A stretch of DNA of 64,000 nucleotides from contig CM075998.1 of the NCBI GenBank assembly GCA_038087875.1, positions 5,272,001 to 5,336,000 on the forward strand. The letters run 5' to 3'. Positions 49,433-61,435 of this stretch are shown piece after piece. Position 1 is the first letter of the stretch. Each line of letters opens with the position of its first letter. The position numbers were made by a program, and so were the translations under genes. Under the pieces are notes generated by a model. The model did no database searches, was not told the origin of the DNA, and saw only the letters and a list, made by a program, of their open reading frames with translations. Origin of the DNA: Malacoraja senta (lineage: Eukaryota).

Positions 49433-50411
49433 CCTTGGGTACAGTGAAATTCCATTGTTTGCATACAGTTCAGTAAAAATCTTACTGTTTGTCGACAGGA
49501 ACCTACTTCAGTATAAGAGTGTGTACGAAGGAACCGCAGATGCTGGTTTAAACAAAATGCTGGAGTAACTCAGCGGGACAGGCAGCATCTCTGGAGAGAA
49601 AGGAATGGGTGACGTTTCGGGTCGAGACCCTTCTTCAGAAGTACAAGAGTGTCGGAAATGTTAACAGAACCCAGGCAGACTGGACAAGATCGAATTCCGA
49701 GAATGACAATGGAGGCTTGGTGCAAATGATATCACGTCACTTGAAGATTTAGTGCTGAGGTTAAAATGGAGCAGGGATGCATTGCTGGTGCCCATTAGGC
49801 CGGCTCGTTCAGTAACATGTGGCCACCGCATTTATAGATCGCAAAGTACTTTACAGAAACTCGCTCCGACACAACGAGTTAAGCACTTAAGCTAATTTCC
49901 AAACTATTTTACCACCATGGAAAAACACAGCTGAGTGACACCAGACTAATTTGCAAAATCTGTTATTTATCAAGAGTAGGTTTTTGTGGAAAGTTCTGAC
50001 AAGGACACTTATATTAGGTGAGTTTTCAATAGGAAATAACAGAACATATGGAAAGCATTTGTTATTTTAATATAGCCATTTCCCTGGCACCAAGCTGCAT
50101 ATTAACTTATCTTTAAAAGCCTCAGTTGTATTCATTTCCTTATAACCACGTTTCATCACAATTATACAATTACTTAGAGATAATAACCAGTGTCATTTAG
50201 TTATTTTTATTTCTTGTCAGATTGACATAAATTCAGAACTTAAAAAAACGGATTTAAAGAGTTTAAAATGTCTACGACTTTAATACAAAGTGCTGGAGGA
50301 ACTGAGCGGGTCAGGCAACAGGGCACAGTGCTGGCCCCACTGCTGTTTGTCATCTACATCAATGATTTGGATGAGAATGTGCAGGTGAAGTCTGAAGAAG
50401 GATGCCGACCC

Positions 50412-51205
50412 GAAACATCACCTATCCATGTTCTCCACAGATGCTGCCTGACCCGCTGAGTTACTCCAGCACTCTGTGAAACGTCACCTATCCATGTTCT
50501 CCACAGATGCTGCCTGACCCGCTGAGTTACTCCAGCACTCTGTGAAACATCACCTATCCATGTTCTCCACAGATGCTGCCTGACCCGCTGAGTTACTCCA
50601 GCACTCTGTGAAACGTCACCTATCCATGTTCTCCACAGATGCTGCCTGACCCGCTGAGTTACTCCAGCACTCTGTGAAACGTCACCTATCCATGTTCTCC
50701 ACAGATGCTGCCTGACCCGCTGAGTTACTCCAGCACTCTGTGAAACGTCACCTATCCATGTTCTCCACAGATGCTGCCTGACCCGCTGAGTTACTCCAGC
50801 ACTCTGTGAAACGTCACCTATCCATGTTCTCCACGGATGCTGCCTGACCCGCTGAGTTACTCCAGCACTCTGTGAAACGTCACCTATCCATGTTCTCCAC
50901 AGATGCTGCCTGACCTGCTGAGTTACTCCAGCACTCTGTGAAACGTCACCTATCCATGTTCTCCACAGATGCTGCCTGACCTGCTGAGTTACTCCAGCAC
51001 TCTGTGAAACGTCACCTATCCATGTTCTCCACAGATGCTGCCTGACCCGCTGAGTTACCCCAGCACTCTGTGAAACGTCACCTATCCATGTTCTCCACAG
51101 ATGCTGCCTGACCTGCTGAGTTACTCCAGCACTCTGTGAAACGTCACCTATCCATGTTCTCCACAGATGCTGCCTGACCCGCTGAGTTACTCCAACTCTC
51201 TGTGT
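50412..51205 (+). repeat. 66-bp array (about 12 units)
   Basis: Follows diverged head ctgaagaaggatgccgacccgaaacatc. Confidence 0.97.
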
Positions 51206-51215
51206 CCTTTCACTG

Positions 51216-51358
51216 CCTTCTTCTTCTTCTTGCGTATGGCGTGCACGGCCTAAAGTTGTAGGACAACTTGTTCTATTTGATCTATTTGTTTGTGCACATC
51301 AGGTTGATTGCATTTGTCGACACCGGGTGGACCACGTGAAGGTTGCAATCTCCCACCC
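51216..51358 (-). mobile_element. Short non-tRNA SINE with (GAA)n tail (ingi/Vingi-like by inference)
   Basis: TSD (cc)tttcactg at 51206-51215 and 51357-51366; 3' end gccatacgcaagaagaagaag. Confidence 0.75.
51306..51358 (-). ncRNA. Minimal HDV-like ribozyme fold
   Basis: P1 GGGUGG/CCACCC, P2 GAUUGCA/UGCAAUC, P3 ACC/GGU, L3 UUCACGU, J4/2 C-AAA in canonical order. Confidence 0.72.
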
Positions 51359-52059
51359 TTTCACTGTGAAAGTGCGCCTGTTCTCATAATCTGGGATACC
51401 GCTTATTCCAATTAAATCCCTCAGTGCTCGGCAGCAAATTGAGGGAAAGGAATTGGAATAGTGTTTGCATTACATCAAGTGTTGTAATTTATGCTCTCTG
51501 TATTTCAGTAACCCCTTTGAAAGCTTGTTTGTGGTGAGAAAAGCCTCCCTTGGTAAGCTATAAATGTGTTAAACATGGTCTGACTGAGCAATTTAGTAAG
51601 TGTTCACAATGCGCTCTGCAGACAGGCACTGTATAATCACCCTCAACTCCTCAAGAAACACAGGGGATATCACACAGAGGCTTTATGGGTCAAAAGAAAA
51701 ATTATTACTACTTTAATTGCACCAATTAACTCAAGTCATGATGATTTCTCGTGTGGAACAGGCACCTGCTGTTACTTAAATGCTCTTGTTCAAAGCATAT
51801 TATTTGCATATATCATTACTGAACATAGACCAGTCCAGTGTGTAGGAAGGAACTGCAGATGCTGGTTTAAACCGGAGATAGACACAAAATGCTGGAGTAA
51901 CTCAGCGGGACAGGCGGCATCTCTGGAGAGAGGGAATGGGTGATGTTTTGGGTCGAGACCCTTCTTCAGACTCGAACAGTCCAGCACGGGAGCAGGCCTC
52001 CCAGCCCACTATGTCCATGCCGAACATGATGCCAAGATAAACTCATCCCCTCTGCCCAG

Positions 52060-52595
52060 AGAATGCATTTTATCGGGATGCATCGCAGCACGGTTTGGGA
52101 ACAGCTCCATCCAAGAGCGCAAGAAATCGCAGCGAATTGTGGACGCAGCCCAGACCGTCACACACAAACCAACCTCCCTTCCATCCATTGACTCCGTCTA
52201 TACCTCACGCTGCCTCGGCAAGGCCAGCAGCATCATCAAGGACCAGTCTCAACCCCGCCCACTCCATCTTCTCCCCTCTCCCATCGGGCAAGAGGTACAG
52301 AAGTGTGAAAACAAACGCACACACACCTCCAGATTCAGGGACAGTTTCTTCCCAGCTGTTATCAGGCAACTGAATCATCCTACCACACCTGGAGAGTGGT
52401 GCTGAACTACTATCTACCACATTGGACACCCTCGGACTATCCTTTGCTGGCATCACCTTGCACTAAACGTTATTCCCTTATCATGCATCTGTACACTGTA
52501 AGTGGATTGATTGTAATCATGTATTGTCTTTCTGCTGACTGGTTAGCATGCAACAAAAAGCTTTTCACTGTACCTCGGTACATGTGACAATAAAC
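52060..52595 (+). mobile_element. Rex1/Babar LINE 3' end
   Basis: ILSGCIAARFGNSSIQERKKSQRIVDAAQ...RCLGKASSIIKD...RFRDSFFPAVIRQLN; tail ttcactgtacctcggtacatgtgacaataaa. Confidence 0.85.
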
Positions 52596-52604
52596 TCAGC
52601 TGAA

Positions 52605-54072
52605 CTGTACATGATCCATATCCCTTCATTCCCTGCATATCCATCAGCCTCTTAAACACCACTATTGTATCTGCCTCCACCTCCACCCCTGGCAGTGCGT
52701 TCCAAGCACCCACCACCCTCTGTGTAAAAAAAACCTGCCCCACACATCTCCTTTAAACTTCCCCCCTCTCACTTAAACCTATGTCTTCTTGTCCTTGACG
52801 TTTCTCCACTCTGGGGAAAAAACTGTCTATCCTAACTATGCCTCTCATAATTTTATATAGTTCTGTCAGAGATCCTATACTGATCTTATAGAGGTGTACA
52901 AAATCATGAGAGGAATAGATCGGGTAGACGCACAGAGTCTCTTGCCCAGAGTAGGGGAATCGAGGACCAGAGGACATAGGTTTAAGGTGAAGGGGAAAAG
53001 ATTTAATAGGAATCTGAGGGGTAACCTTTTCACACAAAGGGTGGTGGGTGTATGGAACGAGCTGCCAGAGGAGGTAGTTGAGGTGGGGATTATCCCAACG
53101 TTGAAGAAAGTTAGACAGGTGCATGGATAGGACAGGTTTGGAGGGATATGGGTCAAACGCAGGCAGGTGGGACTAGTGTAGATGGGACATGTTGGCCGGT
53201 GTGGGCAAGTTGGGCCGAAGGGCCTGTTTCCACATCTGTATCACTCTTATGACTCTATCAGGGCTCCCCTCGGCCTCTGACCCTCCAGAGGAAACAATCC
53301 AAGTTTGCCCAACCTCCCTTCTAGCTAAACCCTGTAATCCAGGCAGTGTTCTGGTAAACCTCCCTCTGCAACCCTCTCCAAGGTTTCCACATTCTTCGTG
53401 GAATGGGGTGCCTGAAACTGTATGCACGCTCCAAAGATGGAGTATTCCAATGCATGAAAAGATGCAATTGCACTGGAGAGGGTGTTGAGAATCCTTATAA
53501 TGTTGCCAGGACTGGAAAACATAGCGATGTGGAGAGACTGGAAGAAGCGTTACGACCCGAAACGTCACCTATCCATGTTCTCCACAGATGCTGCCTGACC
53601 CGCTGAGTTACTCCAGCACTCTGTGAAACGTCACCTATCCATGTTCTCCACAGATGCTGCCTGACCCGCTGAGTTACTCCAGCACTCTGTGAAACATCAC
53701 CTATCCATGTTCTCCATAGATGTATGGATAGAGCGGATGTGGAGTGGATGTTTGCACTAGTGGTAAAGTCTAGGACCAGAGGTAGCAGCCTCAGAATTAA
53801 AGGATGTACCTTTAGCATGGCGGTGAGGAGGAATCTATCTTGCCAGAGGGTGATGAATCTATGGAATTCATTGCCGCAGTCAGTGGAGGCCAAGTCCTTG
53901 GGTATTTTTAAAGCGGAGATTGATACGTTCATGATTAGTAAGGGCATCAAAAGGTTACAGAGACAAGTCAGGATAATGGGATTGAGAGGGAAAAATAGAT
54001 CAGCCATGATCGAATGGCGGGGCAGACTTCATGGGCCGAATGGCCTATTCTGCTTCTATGCGTTATGATCTT
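52605..54072. mobile_element. Nest of CR1 fragments (52605-52860 -, 52879-53255 +, 53255-53430 -, 53723-54072 +)
   Basis: CR1 ORF2 C-terminal motifs on both strands. Confidence 0.85.
53559..53722 (+). repeat. 66-bp array (about 2.5 units)
   Basis: Follows ggaagaagcgttacgacccgaaacgtc. Confidence 0.93.
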
Positions 54073-54587
54073 ATCAACCTTAAACTAGTGTGAACGGGTG
54101 ACCAGTGGTCAGGGTGGACTCGGTGGGCCAAAGGGCCCGTTTCTATGCAGCATCTCTAAACTAAACTCAAACTAAAAGAAACTGACATGATGACACAAGG
54201 AACTGTAGATGCTAGAATGTTGAACAAAAGACAAAGTGCTGGAGGAACATTCTATGTTTACAAACTCCAAAACAAAAGGCACCAACTGTCCAATTATAAA
54301 TTTGTATAAGTGGCCAAAGACATCCTGCCTTAAACGTGTAAAGGACATTTTTAAGCATCGAGGTTTGTTTAAACTAGGACCCAGCATGAACTTCATTGTT
54401 CCCATGCTGGCACTTTGCCTTTCAACAGCCCAATTAGCATGAGTTACATGTATCGATGTACAACAGCATCATACATGAATGCCTCTTAAGCAGCCAGTAA
54501 GAGTTCATAACACATCATCATCTCCTAGTCTGTTTCCAGAACAAAAATTAACTCTCGCTGGTCCATACAATTGAGACTCCTTTTATT

Positions 54588-54913
54588 GGCCGGCACGGTG
54601 GGGCAGCGGTAGAGTTGCTGCCTCACAGCACCAGAGACCCTGGTTCAATCCTGACTACGGGCGCTGTCCGTACGGAGTTTGCACGTTCTCCCCGTGACCG
54701 CGTGGGTTTTCTCCGAGATCTTCGGTTTCCTCCCACACTCCAAAGACTTGCGGGTTTGCACTTTAATTGGTTTGGGTTTGTATACTTGATATAAGTGTAA
54801 ATTGTCGCTAGTGTGTGTAGGATTGTGTTGGTGTGCAAGGATCGCTGGTCCGCACGGACTCGGTGGGCCGAAGGCCTGTTTCCGCGCCTGTATCTCTAAA
54901 CTAAACTAAACTA
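54588..54913 (+). mobile_element. V-SINE, full length
   Basis: Head, core, (ctaaa)n tail. Confidence 0.92.
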
Positions 54914-54939
54914 ATTGTTCAATGGTACTTTACTGTCAA

Positions 54940-55485
54940 ATGTTAGGCCTCATTTGGAGTATTGCGTACGGTTCTGGTCACCCCCATTACAGGGAGGATG
55001 TGGGGGCTTTACCAGAACGCTGCCTGGATTAGAGGGTTTCAGCTACAGGGAGAGGTTGGACAGACTTGGATTGTTTTCTCTGGAACGTCGGAGGTTGAGG
55101 GGAGACCTGATAGAAGTGTATAAAACTATGAGAGGCATAGATAGGGTAGACAGTCAGAACCTTTTCCCCAGGGTGGAGATGTCCAACACTAGAGGGCGCA
55201 GCTTTAAGGTGAGAGGGGGAAAGTTTAAAGGAGATGTGTGGGGCAGGTTTTTTTTTACACAGAGGGTGGTGGGTGCCTGGAACGCGCTGCCAGGGGTGGT
55301 GGTGGAGGCAGATACGATAGTGGTGTTTAAGAGGCTTTTTGGATAGGCGCGTGGATATGCAGGGAATGGAGGGATATGGATCACGTGCAGGCAGAGGAGG
55401 TCAGTTTAAAATTGGCAACATGTTCAGCACAGACATGTGGGCCGAAGGGCCTGGTCCTGTGCTGTGCTGCACTGTTCTGTTCTAT
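54940..55485 (+). mobile_element. CR1 3' fragment
   Basis: VRPHLEYCVRFWSP...SYRERLDRLGLFSLERRRLRGDLIEVYK. Confidence 0.92.
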
Positions 55486-55604
55486 GTACCTAGATGTGGC
55501 GAAATTCTTTTTTTTGCGTACAGTTCAGTACAAATCTTACCACACATAAGCACAATCATACTTGAGTTCAAGTGTGTAAGAATACTCTTGTGCGGCATTG
55601 TGTC

Positions 55605-55917
55605 ATCACGGTGGTGCAGCGGTAGAGTTGCTGCCTCCACAGCGCCAGAGATCCGGGTTCCATCCTGACTACGGGTGCTGTCTGTACGGAGTTTGTACGT
55701 TCTCCCCGTGACCTGCGTGGGTTTTCTCCGCGATCTCCGGTTTCCTCCCACACTCCAAAGGCGTACAGGGTTGTAGGTTAATTGGCTTCAATAAAATTGT
55801 GAATTGTCCCGAATGGGTAGGATAGAACTAGTGTACGGGGGAAATCGCTGGTCGGCGTGGACTCGGTGGGTCGAAGGGCCTGTTTCCACGCTGTATCTCT
55901 GCACTAAACTAAACTAA
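55605..55917 (+). mobile_element. V-SINE
   Basis: Head, core, tail. Confidence 0.9.
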
Positions 55918-56059
55918 TAGTCGATCACACTGAGGCAGTACACAAGAGTCACCACATTTCTGGGGACATCTTGTGCCCTTCAAGGTCAAAGATCCTGAAA
56001 TGTTGACATCTCCTTTTCCCATCACAGATGCTGCTCGACGGTCGACCCTCAGTGTTCCT

Positions 56060-56350
56060 CCAGCATGGAATCTGGCCCTTCGGCCCGCCGAGTCCGCGCC
56101 GACCATCCCTCACCAGTTCACACCAGTTCTATGTCATCCCACTTTCTCATCCACTCCCTACACACCAGGGGGCAATTTACAGAGGGCCAAGTAACCTACA
56201 AACCCGCACATCTTTGGGACGTGGGAGGAAACCGGAGCACACCTGGAGGAAACCCACACGGTCACGGGAAGAACGTGCAAACTCCACACAGACAGCACCT
56301 GAGGCCAGGTTCCAACCCGGGACTCTAGCTCTTCCGCTGCGCAACTGCGC
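56060..56350 (-). mobile_element. V-SINE
   Basis: Tail, core, degenerate head. Confidence 0.82.
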
Positions 56351-56433
56351 AGCCCCTCATTTTATTTAATGGTTCCGTTGCAGGTAGGTCAGGTTCAGAT
56401 GGATACGAGCTAAACTTTTTCAACTTAAAAAAC

Positions 56434-56670
56434 TGTAACTTTTTCACACAAAGGGTGGTGGGTGTATGGAACAAGCTGCCAGAGGAGGTAGTTGAGGCTG
56501 GGACTATCCCAACGTTTAAGACACAGTTAGACAGGTACATGGATAGGACATGTTTAGACGGATATGGGCCAAACGCGGGCAGGTGGGACTGGTGTAGATG
56601 GGACATGCTGGCCGGTGTGGGCAAGTTAGGCCGAAAGGCCTGTTTCCACACTGTATCACTCCGTGACTCT
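56434..56670 (+). mobile_element. CR1 3' end
   Basis: NFFTQRVVGVWNKLPEEVVEAG. Confidence 0.88.
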
Positions 56671-56944
56671 ACGCCTCCAGGAGTGGGCTGCAGGAAGAAG
56701 GAGAAGAGGATGAGCGATGCACAGCTGAGGAGGGGAATGGGACAGGCAGTGATGCAGTGAGTCTGTGTCTAAACAGCCAGCAGCCGCTCAGTGAGCAGGT
56801 TCACAACCGGGGTTGATCCACTGGCTCCAGCTTCAGTTGGGCTGCTTGCCACCCTGGGACAAAACTGCAGCAACGTGGAGCATAGAAGGCAAATGAAAAA
56901 TAGACACAAAAAACTGCAAATGCTGGTTTACAAAAAAGTACACA

Positions 56945-57270
56945 CAGTGCTGGAGTAACTCAGTGGGTCAGGCAGCATCTGTGGAGAACATGGATAGGTG
57001 AAGTTTCACAGAGTGCTGGAGTAACTCAGCGGGTCAGGCAGCATCTGTGGAGAACATGGATAGGTGACGTTTCACAGAGTGCTGGAGTAACTCAGCGGGT
57101 CAGGCAGCATCTGTGGAGAACATGGGATAGGTGACGTTTCACAGAGTGCTGGAGTAACTCAGCGGGTCAGGCAGCATCTGTGGAGAACATGGATAGGTGA
57201 CGTTTCACAGAGTGCTGGAGTAACTCAGCGGGTCAGGCAGCATCTGTGGAGAACATGGATAGGTGACGTG
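56945..57270 (-). repeat. 66-bp array (about 5 units)
   Basis: Adjacent PLE tail at 56900-56945. Confidence 0.96.
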
Positions 57271-57359
57271 TCATCTGGGACACTCCAGATTTCAGGCAAA
57301 TGAAATGACCTGATCTTCATGGAATGGGAACATCTTCCTCAACACTAATGATAATTACA

Positions 57360-57630
57360 CAGAACATAGAACAGTACAGCACGGGAACAGGCCCTTCGGC
57401 CCACAATGTCCGTGCTGAACATGATGCCAAGTTAAACTGATCTCCTCTGCATGCACGTGATCCATATCCCTCCATTCTCTGCACTTCCATGCACCCACTT
57501 AAAAGCCTCTTAAACACCACTATCGTATCTGCCTCCACCACCACCCCCGGCAGCGCGTTCCAGGCACTCACCACCCTCTGTGTAAAAAAACCTGCCCCAC
57601 ACATCTCCTTTAAACTTTCCCCCTCTCACC
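57360..57630 (-). mobile_element. CR1 3' end
   Basis: FFTQRVVSAWNALPGVVVEAD. Confidence 0.88.
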
Positions 57631-57846
57631 TGTAGCTTGTCTCGTAATACAAATATGTTACGGAAAGAGCAACTGAAGGAATCAACACTACTGGGCGTGA
57701 TGGACCCAGAACAGACAGGAGTGGAGGACACTCATTGCTGCCCTACATGCCAGGAGGCATCATAGGCAGTAAGTAAGTACCAACATTCTTACTTGAAACA
57801 GCACAACAGGGTTGTAACACTATCTGAACACAGTACTCAATGGATA

Positions 57847-58137
57847 GTTTAGTTTAAAGGTACAGCATAGAAACAGGCCCTTCGCCCACCGAGTCGGTGC
57901 CGACCATCGACCACCGTTCACACACCAGTTCTATGTTATCCCACTTTCTCATCCAATCCCTACACACTAAGGGGGCAATTTCACAGAGGGGCCGATTAAC
58001 GTACAAACCCCCGCACGTCTTTGGGATGTGGGAGGAAACTGGAGCACCCGGAGGAAACCCACGCACGCAGGTCACAGGAAGAACGTGCAAACTCCACACA
58101 GACAGTGCCCGAGGTCTGGATCGAATCCGGGTCGCTG
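57847..58137 (-). mobile_element. V-SINE
   Basis: Tail, core, partial head. Confidence 0.85.
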
Positions 58138-58376
58138 TACAGATAATAGAATAAACAAACAAAAGAGACGTTCAAATAAATGAAAAACCCAATATGTGTT
58201 GCACAACAAAACATAACAAGCCTCAAAGTCCTCAATGCAATGAAGATAGTTCATAGCTCAGAGGTTAATTGGAGAAAGCTGGAAGAGACACTAGATGGAC
58301 ACAGGGGAGGGGGGGGGGTGCAGTTGATAGGCAGATGGTTGGACAAAGGCCACAGATGAAATGACAGATGGTGTGA

Positions 58377-59005
58377 GATGTATTCAAGAGAGTTAGATTT
58401 AGCTCTCAGGGCTAACGGAATCAAGGGACATGGGGAGAAAGCAGGAACGGGGTACTGATTCTGGATGATCAGCCATGATCATATTGAATGACTGTGCTGG
58501 CTCAAAGGGCCGAATGGCCTCCTCCTGTACCTATTTTCCATGTTTCTATGAGACATATGATGAGCGTTTGTCGGCACTGGGCCTGTACTCGCTGGAGTTT
58601 AGAAGAATGAGGGGGAGACCTCAGTGAAACTTACCGAATAGTGAAAGGCTTGGATAGAGTGGATGTGGAGAGCATGTTTCCACCAGTGGGAGAGTCTAGG
58701 ACTAGAGGTCACAGCCTCAGAATTAAAGGATGTACCTTTAGGAAGGAGATGAGGAGGAATTTCTTTAGCCAGAGGGTGGTGAATCTGTGGAATACTTTGC
58801 CACAGACGGCTGTGGAGGCCAAGTCAGTGGATATTTTTAAGGCAGAGATAGATAGATTCTTGATTAGTACAGGTGTCTGTTATGGGGAGAAGGCAGGAGA
58901 ATTGGGTTGGGAGGGAGAGATAGATCAGCCATGATTGAATGGCGGAGTAGACATGATGGGCCGAATGGGCTCATTCTGCTCCTATCACTTATGAACTTAT
59001 GACCT
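58377..59005 (+). mobile_element. Two CR1 3' fragments inside a PLE UTR
   Basis: KGLDRVDVESMFP..RRNFFSQRVVNLWN; tgtgaga on both sides. Confidence 0.88.
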
Positions 59006-59070
59006 TGTGAGACAAAAGGATTGAAGAGTTACGAATTGTGAAGGAATGTATGGGAGGAGGAGGGGAGAAG

Positions 59071-59788
59071 TGAAACGTCACCTATCCATGTTCTCCACAG
59101 ATGCTGCCTGACCCGCTGAGTTACTCCAGCACTCTGTGAAACGTCACCTATCCATGTTCTCCACAGATGCTGCCTGACCCGCTGAGTTACTCCAGCACTC
59201 TGTGAAACGTCACCTACCCATGTTCTCCACAGATGCTGCCTGACCCGCTGAGTTACTCCAGCACTCTGTGAAACGTCACCTATCCATGTTCCGGCAGCAT
59301 CTATGGAGCGAAGGAAATAGGCAATGTTTCGGCCCGAAACCCTTCCGGGTTTCGGCCCGAAACGTTGCCTATTTCCTTCAGGGTTTCGGCCCGAAAGGTT
59401 GCCCATTTCCTTCGCTCCACAGATGCTGCCTGACCCGCTGAGTTACTCCAGCACTCTGTGAAACGTCACCTATCCATGTTCTCCACAGATGCTGCCTGAC
59501 CCGCTGAGTTACTCCAGCACTCTGTGAAACGTCACCTATCCATGTTCTCCACAGATGCTGCCTGACCCGCTGAGTTACTCCAGCACTCTGTGAAACGTCA
59601 CCTATCCATGTTCTCCACAGATGCTGCCTGACCCGCTGAGTTACTCCAGCACTCTGTGAAACGTCACCCATACCTTCTCTCCACAGATGCTGCCTGACCC
59701 GCTGAGTTACTCCAGCACTCTGTGAAACGTCACCTATCCATGTTCTCCACAGATGCTGCCTGACCCGCTGAGTTACTCCAGCACTCTG
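59071..59788 (+). repeat. 66-bp array with fold-back cassette (59293-59430)
   Basis: Same unit and cassette as the arrays at 13.1 and 16.7 kb. Confidence 0.97.
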
Positions 59789-59934
59789 GGTCCTATTGTG
59801 GTTACTGCGAGAACTTTGACAGTGCAGGTCTTGGTGAGTATTATTGTGCTGAGCAATTATGAGCCCTTGATTGCTAGCTGCTACTTTGCCTGCTCACAAT
59901 ATGAAGAGAGGGGAGCACAGTGCGATTCGAGGAT

Positions 59935-61435
59935 TGTGTATGAAGGAACTGCAGATGCTGGTTTACACCACAGCTAGATACAAAATCCTGGAGTAACTCA
60001 GCGGGTCAGGCAGCATCTCTGGAGGGAAGGAATGGGTGATGTTTTAGGTCGAGACCCTACTTCAGGCTGAGAGTCAGGGGAGAGGGAGACACAGAGATCA
60101 GGAAGGGTAGGGTGTGAAAATGAGACATCAAAAGAGATGCAGAACAAGGAAAATGTAGAATAGATCATTGTTAGTTGGGAGAAGGTGATAACAAAGCAAA
60201 GAGAGATCAAATGTAATCGGGGACAGTCAGACTGGTCGGTGAATTGAATTGAATTGAATTTTCTTTATTGTCATTCAAACAATAGTTTAAGTGAAATTGC
60301 GTACCTTGCAGTCATGACAGAAAAAAGCAACAAAACACACAATGAACACAATTTAACACAAACATCCATCACAGTGAATCTCCTGGCACCTCCTCACTGC
60401 GATGGAAGGCAAAACGTCTTATGTCCTCCTTGCTTGTTCTCCCGCTGCGTCATGGCGATCGAGGCTCCCGATGTCGAAGCCCCCCGCTTGGTGATGGTAA
60501 ATCCCGCGGCCGATTCCAAGCTCCGCGAACGGGCCGATTCAAATTCTGTGATTCGGGGCGGACGAAGCTGCCGCCCTCCAGTCCAGGGGCCGAAGCTGTT
60601 GTTGCGGGAGCTCCCGAAAATCGGTCCCCAACCTGGGACCGGCGAGCTCCCGATGTTACCGTCCACAGGGCCCGCGGCCGAAGCCTCCGAAGCTGGGTCG
60701 CAGCCACAGCGCCATAACAGCCTCCGAAGTCAGCCAGATCCACGATGGTGAGTCCACAGGCTCTGCCACCAGAGCCCCAAGGTCGATTCCAGTTGGAGGC
60801 CGCCAGCTCCACGATATTAGGCCTCAGCGCAGACGGAGACGGAGATACGACAAGGAAAAGGCCGCATCCCCGTTGAAGGAAGAGATTTTTAAAACGTTTC
60901 CCCCACCAACCACATATACACAACTAAAAATAGACTAAAACATACATCTAGCAAGACAAAAGAAAACAAAAAAAGGAAAAGAGACGGACTGGTCAGAGAA
61001 CTGGGAAGGGGAGGGGATGGAGAGAGAGGGAAAGCAAGGGCTACTTGAAGTTAGAGAAGTCAATGTTCACACTGCTGGAGTGTAAACTACCCAAGTGAAA
61101 TATGAGGTGCTGTTCCTCCAATTTGCGCTGGGCCTCACTCTGACAATGGAGGAGGCCCAGGGCAGAAAGGTCAGATTGGGAATGGGAGGGGGAGTTGAAG
61201 TGTTTGGCAACCGGGAGATCATGTGGGTTAGGCGGACTGAGCGGAGGTGTTCAGCGAAACAATCGCTGATTCTGCACATGGCCTCGCCGATATATAGGAG
61301 TCCCTCCTTATCTCTGTGTCTCCCTCTCCCCTGACTCTCAGTTTGTAGAAGGGTCTCGACCCGAAACGTCGCCCATTCCTTCCCTCCAGAGATACTGCCT
61401 GTCCCGCTGAGTTACTCCAGCACGTTGTGTCTATC
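59935..61435 (-). mobile_element. PLE 3' fragment (endonuclease and terminus) with inverted terminal copy at its 5' junction
   Basis: LLYIGEA..FAEHLRSVRL..KLEEQHLIFHLGSLHSS at 61050-61300; inverted copy 61305-61435. Confidence 0.85.
60241..60985 (-). mobile_element. Unclassified non-coding retroposon, GC-rich body, (AATTC)n tail
   Basis: gactggtc on both sides; gacaataaa before the tail; inserted in a PLE. Confidence 0.6.
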
